DNA of 22,677 nt, from assembly GCA_023231475.1 (NCBI GenBank), contig JALJEE010001061.1:62001-84677 (forward strand), in the 5' to 3' direction. The stretch's first letter is position 1; each line of letters opens with the position of its first letter. Source of the stretch: Seison nebaliae. Its lineage: Eukaryota. Positions 1-9,909 of this stretch are shown here, piece after piece. The position numbers were made by a program, and so were the translations under genes. Under the pieces are notes generated by a model. It was not told the DNA's origin and did not search any database. It saw nothing but the letters and a program-made list of their open reading frames with translations.

Positions 1-770
1 CATGAATCAAAATTGTCCCATTAACAGTTAATATCTTTTTTTCTCTCTGGGGATTATGGGTCTGAATGATTGCAATTAACATATATCTCTCCATCTCTCC
101 TTCCTATAAACGTTCATTTTAATTTCATTATCTTCATCGGTGTATTGGATGATCGGTCGTTCTCTCTATCTCTCCTCTTTCGAGACGGGAGGGGGCAGTT
201 GGGGGTGTGCAGGTCAAATGATGAATGAATAATTAATATCAAATTTCTTCTCGTTTCATCCTCATGAAACATGATATTTGCTAAACTTAATTTCATAATA
301 ATCTCTAATTCTCTTTATAACCAAATTCCATCCATTTTCATCGATTGATGACATTTGGAGTGAATATAATCGAATTTCTTATTTTTCTGTAATAAAATTG
401 TTGTGATGGGGATAATTATTATGTGTTTTTGGGAGTAATTCATATTAAAATTATTTATTGTTAATAAACTTTTAAGATTATTAACCAAATCATTTTTTGA
501 ATTTTAATCATACTTTTTTTTAGGAGGTATTTTTAACTAAAATTATTTATTTAAAATATTTAAAGTATTTTTTTGGAAAATTTAAAATTGAAATTTTTTT
601 CTCGAAAAGAATTAGATCAAAATCTTCCATCAACCGCCTATTCGATAAAGAATCAATGGGAAAATTCTCATGAACTTGAAAGTGTCCAGAGAAATTCCGA
701 TAAACAAGGACCGCCAGCACAACGTTCATTTATAAGTAATAATCGTCCACCACCAGTACCGAAACATCGA

Positions 771-2074
771 ATGCCGCAGTGGGAGATGCATTATGCTCCT
801 GATTCTTATAATCAGATGACCGATCCACGTTTCCGAACGTTCGAGGCAGCACATCATTCTGAAGATAATTGTTCGTCGTCTCCACGCGGACATCAATCGG
901 AAGATGAGATTGTCGTTGGATCGGATAATGACGAACAAGAAGATCCTTCTGATTACCGAGAGGGCGGTTATCATTTGATTAATATCGGCGATTTATATAA
1001 CGGTCATTATGTGGTTCTGAGGAAATTGGGTTGGGGTCATTTCAGTACCGTCTGGTTATGTTGGGATCGTTCAACACAGATGTGTGTGGCGATGAAAGTG
1101 GTAAAATCGGCGGAACATTATACGGAGGCAGCGATGGATGAAATAAAATTGTTGACATCAGTTCGTGAAACGGACAAAGAGGATCCATATCGATTGAAAT
1201 GTGTTCAATTGATCGATAATTTTAAAATTAACGGAAAGAATGGTGTTCATGTGGCAATGGTATTCGAAGTGTTGGGTTGTAATTTGTTGAAATTAATTCT
1301 CCGATCGAATTACGCGGGAATTCCCCTAGAAAACGTTCGAGTTATCACGAAACAGATATTGGAAGGTCTCGCTTATTTGCACAGTAAATGTCAAATAATT
1401 CATACGGATATCAAACCAGAGAATGTTCTCCTCTGTTCGACGGAAGAGGAGATACGACGTATGGGACGGACAGCTTGTCAATGGAAATGTGAAGGCATGA
1501 AACCGAGCAGTTCCGCCGTCGCCACCATCCCAACCAGCGACCAACCTCTCAATATTAAGGACTTGTCAAAAACGCAACGGAAACGCATTCGACGTAAAGA
1601 GAAAGTGAAAACGGAACAACTCGCTCAAATTCTTCAAAAATTATCCATATCAGAAAACGGCGAAAAAGTCGAAGAAGTGAAATTGGCACTTCCTCCCAAA
1701 AATCCGAATAAGAAGAAGAAGCGAAAGAAACGTGCAATCAAGAATTCTACACAAACTACTACGAATAATGGTAACATTCAATTACCTCAACAAGGAAAAC
1801 AACAACAGGAACAACAACAACAAGAACAGAATCATGTAACGAATGGAATAAAAACGAATGGAGGAGGAGTGGAAAGTAATGGAAGTAATCGAACGAAAAA
1901 GAAGAATAAAAAGAAGAAAAAGAAGAAGAAAGATGGAAGAGAAGATGGAAGTGCAACACCAGCAACACCAAATGAACAGAAGAAAATGAAGAAGGAAGTG
2001 AAATTGATAGAAAAAAGTAAACCTAAGAAAAAATCAAATAAAAATAATAATAATAAACAAATAGAAGACGATGA

Positions 2075-2105
<31 letters not shown>

Positions 2106-3730
2106 AATAATAATATAAATAAGGAATGTAAAGAGAATGTTAAGATGATCGAAATTGTCAATGGAACGTGTACGGAAGAAGAGAAAGATAATTTGAATAA
2201 TAATCATGATCGTCAAGATTCGGTGGATAAGAAGGAGAAGGACATTGTGGACGAAGCGATCAGTCAAATATTGAGTGAAGAACGTCTCAGTGTGAAAATT
2301 GCTGATTTGGGCAACGCCTGTTGGGTGAATCAACATTTCACTGAAGACATTCAGACACGTCAATATCGTGCATTGGAAGTACTATTGGGTGTGGGATATA
2401 GTTGCAGTGCAGATATTTGGAGTGTGGCTTGTACCGCCTTCGAACTGGCGACTGGCGATTATTTATTTGATCCTCACTCCGATAAAGACTATGGACGTGA
2501 CGAGGATCATATCGCTCATATCGTAGAATTGCTGGGACCGATTCCACAGTTTCTCGTCCAACGAGGACGTCACTCACCAAAATTTTTCAATGTGGACGAA
2601 ACGATGTTCAACACTCCTCTCCTTTCTTCCCTACAACGAATCGTGGAATTGAAGTCATGGAATTTGTACGCAGTTCTCACCGAAAAATACAATTGGTCAA
2701 GTCAGAAAGCTGCCGAATTTACCGATTTCCTCGTACCAATGTTGGAGTATGTGCCTGGAAAGAGAGCGACGGCATTAGATTGTTTGAAACATCCGTGGAT
2801 CACTGGAACGTGGATGGGTCATCGACCTCTCAATATTATGATGTTACCGATGGTATATAGTGGACTGGTACCAGCCATAACTACCGATCGTATTTATGAG
2901 ATGATGTTCGATTTAAAACGATTACCCGCATTGAAGGATGGCGAACGTCTCACACCACCTCCAGATCTCAAGACTAGACAATCTCTAATTCAACAATTAT
3001 TTGATGTATTGAAATTACATTCGGATTTGAAAGGGAAATATTCCAACGGCGAATTAACTTCCACCATTCTCGAAAAGACTTATCAAACAATTGAATCGCA
3101 ACGAAAGAAAACTATCAGTGAAAACGAGAAAAATAACAACGAAGATGAAAGTGAAATGAGAAATGATGAAATGGAAAAAAATATAACGAATGAAAATAAA
3201 AATAATCATATCAAACCATCAACAACGACAACAACAATCACATCAACAACAACAACAACAACAACAACGAATAATTCGTTGAATGAAAATAAAAATCAAT
3301 CAAACGGAATAAATCCTTCTTTCAATAAACGTAACAAGAGAACATTGAATGAAATGAATGAAGATGATGAAATCGTAGAAAACGGTTTGTCTAATGACAG
3401 TAGTGAGGATGATGAAGCGGCTATAAATGAAGATAACGATAAATTTCATGATGCACAAGAAGAAATTCAATTGACGAAACGTTCTCGTTTCACTGACGGG
3501 GAAATGTTGTTCGCCATCGCTCGTCACACTTTACAACTTCAATATAATGTCTTTTCCTCATTGACGCCGGATCAAGCTGCAACCGTCATTGCATTATATG
3601 CACCACAAGTGCATGAGGAAGCATTCAGTTACAATACCAATTTCCATCAATCATCTGTTCCTGATCAATACATGAGAATGATGATGCCTCAATTACCTGT
3701 TCATCGTCCTATCAACAACATTCTACGATT

Positions 3731-3762
<32 letters not shown>

Positions 3763-4307
3763 TATTAGGAGAAAGAAATATTGGGAGAGAAGATTCATTT
3801 CAAATTCCATCATATGAACAATTACATCCAGAATTATCACGTCGTCCATTTCCTGAATTTAATATGAGAAACGGAAATAATTATTGTAATTCCGCCGCAC
3901 TTCCCAACTACGATACTCAACCAGGAATCGATATTGATGACGATGATGACGACGAAGACGAAGAAGAAGATGATGATGTGGAAGATGACGACGATTATCA
4001 GAATAGTGGAACAAGTCCATCGTCATCCGATTCGTCGTCCAATTTATTCGATAACGATGCAATCCAACGTATTCATCAACGTATGCCCGATTTCACAGAA
4101 GACAATTATCCATTAAATTTCAATTTCTTTAGGAATCCCAGTTTATCCAATGCCAACATCAATCCACATCAACATCTCCTCAATAATTTTGTACCACCGC
4201 GAGTCGAAAATATTCCCAATTCAGCAATGAGAGATCAGATGATGGGAACGCCAGACGATGACGAGGAGATTGGATGGCCATGGACACCAAGATGTCGCTC
4301 TCAATGA
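771..4307 (+). CDS. SRPK: SRSF protein kinase (SRPK family) with bipartite kinase domain, ~286-aa spacer and ~500-aa C-terminal extension
   Basis: SRPK signatures in the ORF: EQEDPSDYREGGYH, RKLGWGHFSTVWL, AMKVVKSAEHYTEAAMDEIKLL, HTDIKPEN (1401-), VKIADLGNACW (2292-), IQTRQYRALEV, DIWSVACTAFELATGDYLFDP, RDEDHIAHIVELLG, HPWI (2790-2801). The frame is open from 573 (TTG) but the first ATG is at 771, so the true 5' end may include an upstream exon. Confidence 0.96.
3732..3761 (+). repeat. (CAA)10 poly-Gln microsatellite in the SRPK tail
   Basis: Perfect CAA run. Similar coding tracts: GAT (~2070-2093), ACA (~3222-3270), and poly-K, poly-E and poly-Q runs in the SH2 gene. Confidence 0.9.
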
Positions 4308-4352
4308 ACTCATTCGTGACGTTTTTCCATCGACACTCAATATCTGACACGA

Positions 4353-4431
4353 AATAAATTATATGTGTGACGAGATATATCGGAAAAATTTTGATAAAAT
4401 TCATTTTACTTCTCGTCATTCTCCAAATAAA
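4353..4431 (+). terminator. Candidate polyadenylation signals of SRPK
   Basis: AATAAA at 4353-4358 and 4426-4431, downstream of the stop. The hexamer is common in AT-rich DNA. Confidence 0.4.
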
Positions 4432-4571
4432 AAGAGATCATCATTTTTCTTTTAATACAATACCTACACAATCTATAAATATAATACTCCTTCCGTCGTT
4501 CAAATCCGTCGTGTTTTTGATTTGTGTTCAAATTTTATGATCATCAATTGACTTCTAAAATTAATTGACTT

Positions 4572-4700
4572 TCCGGAAGTGCATCTTCCCATCCAATCAT
4601 TATCTCCATCATTATTCATTTCATTTCATTCTTTCGAACTTACTAATTAGGTTACTTACGGTGTTGAATAAGAATAATCAATTTACTTTTTACTTTGAGA
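4572..4700 (+). pseudogene. Possible very short Gypsy-type integrase zinc-finger relic (unit Z)
   Basis: RKCIFPS followed by GYL/(+1)GVE* at 4650-4671, resembling GHLGVEK. Short and weak. Confidence 0.25.
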
Positions 4701-5039
4701 GAATCGTCAATTTATCATCTTCATCTATTTCAAGATCTTCTTCAAATCTCTTACCATCTCTCCTTCTCTTTCTCTCTTTCTTTCTCTCTACTTTTTTAAT
4801 TATTCATTTTCAATTTATTACAAATCATTATACAAAACATTATGTCTGAAAATTTATGCTGGAAATAATTCCAATTTTCAATTTCTCTTTTTATCATCTC
4901 CACTCTTCTCGAAACAATATACAATTTTTCCCTTTAACATTTTTTCAAAAAAGAAAAACAACAGCCTGCGCAGTTCTTACACTAAACACTTATCCCTTTT
5001 ACACTTTATCACTTATCTAAATCTATATTATGATGATTA

Positions 5040-5750
5040 CTTGTCAGAATCTTCATGATGACATTCAGATTTCACAACGAAAATCGATTTAGTTCGTCTT
5101 CGACAGTTTCCTTCTCGTTGAAAATTAGTTGAAATATGTGCAATTAATTCAAAATTATCACAAATTTGCAACACCAAGAAAATTTTGGAAGAGATATTGG
5201 AACTTTAACGAACAAATTTTTCTTGCAGTGGATTTGTTTCTTAAAGAGAATTTTCTATTGTCACTTGTCTGATTAAGAGATACACTCAGAGTATCTTCAC
5301 AATTCGATAGTACTATCATAATACTGAACGACAGACAATTCGGAGACTTCCTAATACCTAAAACCAAATATTTAAAAAACACTATCTATAGCGTAGATGT
5401 TGTATAGACTATATAGTATATACTGTATGATCTCCGAATTGTCGCGTCTCCGAATTGTCTGCCCCCTCATAATACTCAATCCAAATAATATAAAGTTGTC
5501 ACACATTCTCAAAAGTCTAATTCGGAAATAATCAAATATTGAGAATGATAAATTGGAAAGGTTACAAAATTCGATCAGTCAAACATCAATCAGTTCACGA
5601 CCTCGAGAAATAAATGAAAGTAAATTATTCGGTATGAGTCCAGAAATCTATAGAATACATATAATATTATTCATATATGAATATGTAAGCTGGTCGGACT
5701 ACGTTAATTAAGATTATAATGGAGAGAGATTATTGAAGTGGATTGATAAG
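5040..5750 (+). pseudogene. Decayed Gypsy-type integrase relic (unit A), split by the MITE
   Basis: Motifs in the expected order: LHDD (5051-5062), KYVQ, LAVDLF...NFLL (5222-), then after the MITE EIIKY*...IG...NQFTT (5588-5602) and NM*AGRT (5680-5700, cf. NGQAERT). Confidence 0.45.
5326..5466. mobile_element. 141-bp MITE-like non-autonomous DNA transposon (Mutator-like TSD length)
   Basis: Perfect 16-bp inverted repeat CAGACAATTCGGAGAC (5332-5347) / GTCTCCGAATTGTCTG (5446-5461), an extra sub-repeat TCTCCGAATTGTC (5431-5443), and a flanking 10-bp direct repeat TCATAATACT (5316-5325 and 5467-5476). Confidence 0.8.
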
Positions 5751-5799
5751 AATTAATTGTTTTTATTCAATTAAATTTCATAAAGTAAAATGATAATTT

Positions 5800-6510
5800 T
5801 ATAATTGTCATAATATGATTTGGTAGGATTTGTTAGAATTTAGAAGTGAGGAAATGAAAAGATGTTGCCCGATTTATACAGACGTCCTTAGGTTCATTAG
5901 GTCAATGTGATAAGGACATCAATGTAAATTATTGAATCACAATCGTAAATAATAAAACGTTAATGTAGAACGGTTTTCAGTAAATGAGCAAGGAATGTTT
6001 GATCAAAAGTCAGCATATCTTTTAAATGTTTCGGCGAAAGACGACTTAATTGCTTCTCGTTAATTGTTTCTTCCAGGCAACTTGTCCATTTGTGTTGGCA
6101 TAGCCATGACTATGTTTAGACCTCTTACAAATACATAGATTATACGTATGTCCTGTGAAAATTTTGAAAATTTAAATTCTCATTCTCATTTGATTGATTA
6201 TAAATGTAAGTCTTTCATGCACTGGAAGTTCATAGATTGTCAATCACAGTTTAAGGACTTCCGCCTTCGACTATAGTACGTTGATCAAGTTCCCATTATT
6301 GATCTGTCGACAACCTCGTCTGCGTGATGGAACTGTCGATTCTGATAAAACATGAGGAGTAAAATTGTTCATTATTGAAGAAATAATTAAAAGGAGTTGA
6401 ACTATCCGCGAACCATCGAATTACCCAGCAAAACGTTTGTGGTAGAATTCTCATTTAGTTATTAATCTAATTTTGTTCATAGTTCGTCCGAAATCATTTT
6501 ACTCCTAATG
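5800..6510 (+). pseudogene. Decayed Gypsy-type integrase relic (unit B)
   Basis: One frame reads CHNMIW*DLL...KRCCPIYTDVLRFIRS (5806-5904), then a +1 shift gives CDK (cf. H..GH..WPxxYxDVxRFVRSCDxC). Later: YKCKSF (6199-6216, cf. DxGxxF), DGTVDSDKT (6326-6352, cf. DGxVERxNKT) and W*...LILFIVR. Confidence 0.55.
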
Positions 6511-6773
6511 GCCCTAAACAAACTTCATTTTTTTTACTAATTAATCTTCTCCTTTCTCTTTTTCGAAGTGAGAGCTGTCAATACTCGGTCGATTTTGTTA
6601 ACACTACCGAAACTCTCAATTTTCAATTATATATTAGTAATATTAGACAATATATATATATTGTCATTACATGTGATTCTAACATTCGATATTTAATCTG
6701 ATAAAAATGATCTTTTAAAAGAAACTATTTTTTACTTTTAAAAAATTATTAGTTCGCTAGACGATTTATATAT

Positions 6774-6779
6774 TTTATT
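6774..6779 (-). terminator. Candidate polyadenylation signal of the SH2 gene
   Basis: AATAAA on the minus strand ~160 nt after the stop. Confidence 0.35.
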
Positions 6780-6937
6780 CACTTTGAATATGTAATAATT
6801 CAGAACGAAATTGATGGAGAAAATATTGAAGTTTCGGATGAAAGATAAAACATTAAGTATCCATGAAATTATGGATAAATAGAAGGAATACAGACTAGAT
6901 TGTATTGAACAATTGATTAAAAGAAAAGAGAAATATG

Positions 6938-9859
6938 TCACAGAGGATAAAGTCCCACCGAACCAGGCATGGGAAATTGTTGTTGGAGTTTTTGCAAGGA
7001 AAACGTATCATTGGCAAAAGAATTATTTAGCGGTAGATTCATATCATTCGATTGAGCCGTTGTCTGATAAGAGGATGGAAGTTGTACAGAATTTTCTAAA
7101 TTAGTAAAATTAGAATGAGGGAGAAATAGATTGGGATCCGTTATTATCCACGTTGGTTGATTAGTTCCAGGTTGTTGTTGTTGTTGGTTGAATATTTGTT
7201 GATGATTAGTTTTTAATACGGAAATCGTTTGACCATTCTGCCCAATGACCGAAGGAGATAATTGATGTTGTTGAATTTGTTTTTTATTATAAAAATCTGA
7301 AATTTTTTCTGTCGCTTTTACATTTGCTGCCGCTATCAGTAATGTTGCATTGACAGGTCGTAAGCGGACATGACGACTGTTGCGAATAGGAACGGCTACC
7401 TTCGAATAATAATTTACAACCTTTTCAATCGATTCGAATGGAGCTGAACAATGTCCCAAAACAAATTGACCATCATCCTGTCTCGTAATTCTCATATGTA
7501 CGCAAGATTTATTACTCCTAACAGATAATGAGAATTCATCATTTTTTGATAAATTATTTACTGACGTTTCTGATAGACGTACAATAAAACTTCCATCGTT
7601 TTCATTCTCCAATGCTAATTCGGCAATTCTTCTCGTTACTTTTCCAGCAAACCATGGAAATTTTTGTAAGGTCTGATATTCGGAACTCGATGAATCAGAC
7701 GACGTATTTGGTGATATGGATTGAGAGGAATTGTTGGAACAAATCAATTTTCCGTTTCGATAATTTGTTGATTCGATACTTAAATCTTCCTCATCTTGCC
7801 ACGTCTTGTCATAACCTTCGTCTTCATCTTTCCGTTTGAAATTATTTGAATTAATTTCTTTCAAATTAATTCTTTTATTATGACAATATTCTCCATTATT
7901 TCCGTTTGTAGCGGTATTTTGAGAAGAGGATTGATCCAATGCGGATTGATGTTGACAACAATTGCAGACGTTAAGAACTATTGTTGGTTGACTGATTCCT
8001 GTGTTAGCGATTTGACGAATAACATTCATTACTTGATCAGAATAATTGAGACATAATTGATCTTCTTTCATTCTATTCGGAGTGTCCACAGAAGATGTTG
8101 TCAATGAAATAGATTTGTCATTTATATCGATCTGATTCTTCCCTGGAACAATATTAGATTGCACCTGTTTATGATCGTACATTGAAACGTAATGATTTAA
8201 TGACGATGAAGATGACGTATTCTTCTTCTCAATAGTCTCATCTTTCTTCTTCCTCGTTTCATTCGAATGATATTTCTTCTTCTTCTTCTTTTTTGTTTTT
8301 TGACTTCTTATTTTTTTCGTTTCTTTTTCTTTATGTTTCATCTTCTGTTTCAACTTCTCCGAACACAAAGACGAAGTAGACGACGAAGTACGCTTATTCT
8401 CATTCAACATTTCCATTTTATTATTTGATTGACATTGATTTGATGATTGGATTCCTGTACTATTATTCTTAATCAATTCTTCCTCTTCTTCTTCTTCTCG
8501 TTTGTAATTTTCTTTTGATGATAATGGAGAACTTCTCAAATTTTCCTCAGTGGAAATTGTCGTGACTGTTGTTGATGTTGTATCAGGTGTTGAATTGAGA
8601 AAAGATGAAGAATTTCCTTCATACTCATCACAAATGATATGTTCTCTATTTTTATTAATATTCTTCTCATCATTCTCATCATGATTCATAATCTTCTTAT
8701 CATTCTCATGTTCCCGATAATTAACTTTATAATTGAAATTTGTATGAACATACTGTTGTTGTTGTTGTTGGTGATTAATTTTTGTTGTTGATTGAAGACG
8801 TTTCTCTTTGAGTTGTGATAATTGTGTGTTCAATTTCTCCGAACTCTTTTTCAGATCCCAAGGGGAACAATATGCTAATTCGTCAATTTCATTCAACGAA
8901 TTGTTCATGTCTTTTCTCCCCGAAAAATTATTCTTCTCTTCCATTCGTTCAATCGATATGGATGATGACGTTGATATTGATGAATGATGACTGGAAATGA
9001 ATTCATGTTTCACATATTGATTCAATAAGATCGACGATTTCCTTCTCAGATCGTTTTGATATTCGTTATTTAAATTTGATTTCTTCGATTCAATATCATT
9101 ATTCTTTTCCTCATTTTTTGTCACATTAACTCGACAATTCTGCTCTTCCATCTTCATTTTCGGATGACTATTCTTCATTTGTGTTTTCTCGATAACTGAT
9201 TGAGACATTTCATGTGAAGTCAAACTGGAATTTTCATCATCATTTCTTTCTTCTTTCTGTTCGATATTATTCTCCGATTGATTCTTATCTGTCATCAAAT
9301 TAGTGATTGAACGACGACTTTGGGAACAATCAATCAGTTTCTGTTTAATATCATTCGGATGCAATTTGAACTTGTGTTTGGATAGTCGGAAGAATTTCTT
9401 TGTCGATTCACAGAATTTATTATGGGAACTCTTCTTGTCACTCTTCTTCCATGGCTGACTGTAAATTACGTCGTTCTGTTTCCTTTCCTCGTTTCCCTCC
9501 ATATCTTTCTTCTCATTAGACACAGAATGATCGACGACGGAAGAAGACGAAGAAGCCAAAGTTGAAGTGGCTGTGGCTGTTGGTGTTGCAATACTGGAAG
9601 ATAAGAGTTGAGTTAAGGACATCGAAAAGATGTTCGGTTCGACTAATTGCGATTTAATTACAGAATTGCCACTTCTCCTATCACAATGTCTCGTTCGTGA
9701 TAATGCTGATAAAACGGATGATGCTGATGATGTGGCTGATGAAGTGAGTGATTGTTTATTTGATTTGCTGTTCTTCGATTTCTTGATATTCACTCGTCTT
9801 CCACTACTATTAACTTCTCCTTTTCTAACAGACGACGACACTGCCATAAGGTCATACAT
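6938..9859 (-). CDS. SH2-domain adaptor protein, SHB/SHD/SHE/SHF-like
   Basis: 973-aa ORF with an in-frame TGA immediately before the ATG. Single SH2 domain at ~7352-7669 (PWFAGKVTRRIAE...GSFIVRLSET...FSLSVRS...HMRI...FVLG...PFESIEKVVNYY...PIR...HVRLRPV) resembles the SHB-family SH2. The long low-complexity N-terminus carries YSQPW, YCSPWD and YDKTW motifs. Confidence 0.85.
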   Translation of the reverse strand: MYDLMAVSSSVRKGEVNSSGRRVNIKKSKNSKSNKQSLTSSATSSASSVLSALSRTRHCDRRSGNSVIKSQLVEPNIFSMSLTQLLSSSIATPTATATSTLASSSSSVVDHSVSNEKKDMEGNEERKQNDVIYSQPWKKSDKKSSHNKFCESTKKFFRLSKHKFKLHPNDIKQKLIDCSQSRRSITNLMTDKNQSENNIEQKEERNDDENSSLTSHEMSQSVIEKTQMKNSHPKMKMEEQNCRVNVTKNEEKNNDIESKKSNLNNEYQNDLRRKSSILLNQYVKHEFISSHHSSISTSSSISIERMEEKNNFSGRKDMNNSLNEIDELAYCSPWDLKKSSEKLNTQLSQLKEKRLQSTTKINHQQQQQQYVHTNFNYKVNYREHENDKKIMNHDENDEKNINKNREHIICDEYEGNSSSFLNSTPDTTSTTVTTISTEENLRSSPLSSKENYKREEEEEEELIKNNSTGIQSSNQCQSNNKMEMLNENKRTSSSTSSLCSEKLKQKMKHKEKETKKIRSQKTKKKKKKKYHSNETRKKKDETIEKKNTSSSSSLNHYVSMYDHKQVQSNIVPGKNQIDINDKSISLTTSSVDTPNRMKEDQLCLNYSDQVMNVIRQIANTGISQPTIVLNVCNCCQHQSALDQSSSQNTATNGNNGEYCHNKRINLKEINSNNFKRKDEDEGYDKTWQDEEDLSIESTNYRNGKLICSNNSSQSISPNTSSDSSSSEYQTLQKFPWFAGKVTRRIAELALENENDGSFIVRLSETSVNNLSKNDEFSLSVRSNKSCVHMRITRQDDGQFVLGHCSAPFESIEKVVNYYSKVAVPIRNSRHVRLRPVNATLLIAAANVKATEKISDFYNKKQIQQHQLSPSVIGQNGQTISVLKTNHQQIFNQQQQQPGTNQPTWIITDPNLFLPHSNFTNLENSVQLPSSYQTTAQSNDMNLPLNNSFANDTFSLQKLQQQFPMPGSVGLYPL

Positions 9860-9909
9860 TCAATTTGTTTCTTTAAAAAATTATATATAATCTGAAAAGC
9901 TGTAAAGGA

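Noticed and set aside
726..4419. Many 60-109-aa antisense or alternate-frame ORFs over SRPK (likewise over the SH2 gene and IPO11)
   Set aside because: Shadows of codon bias and trinucleotide repeats, with no recognisable domains.
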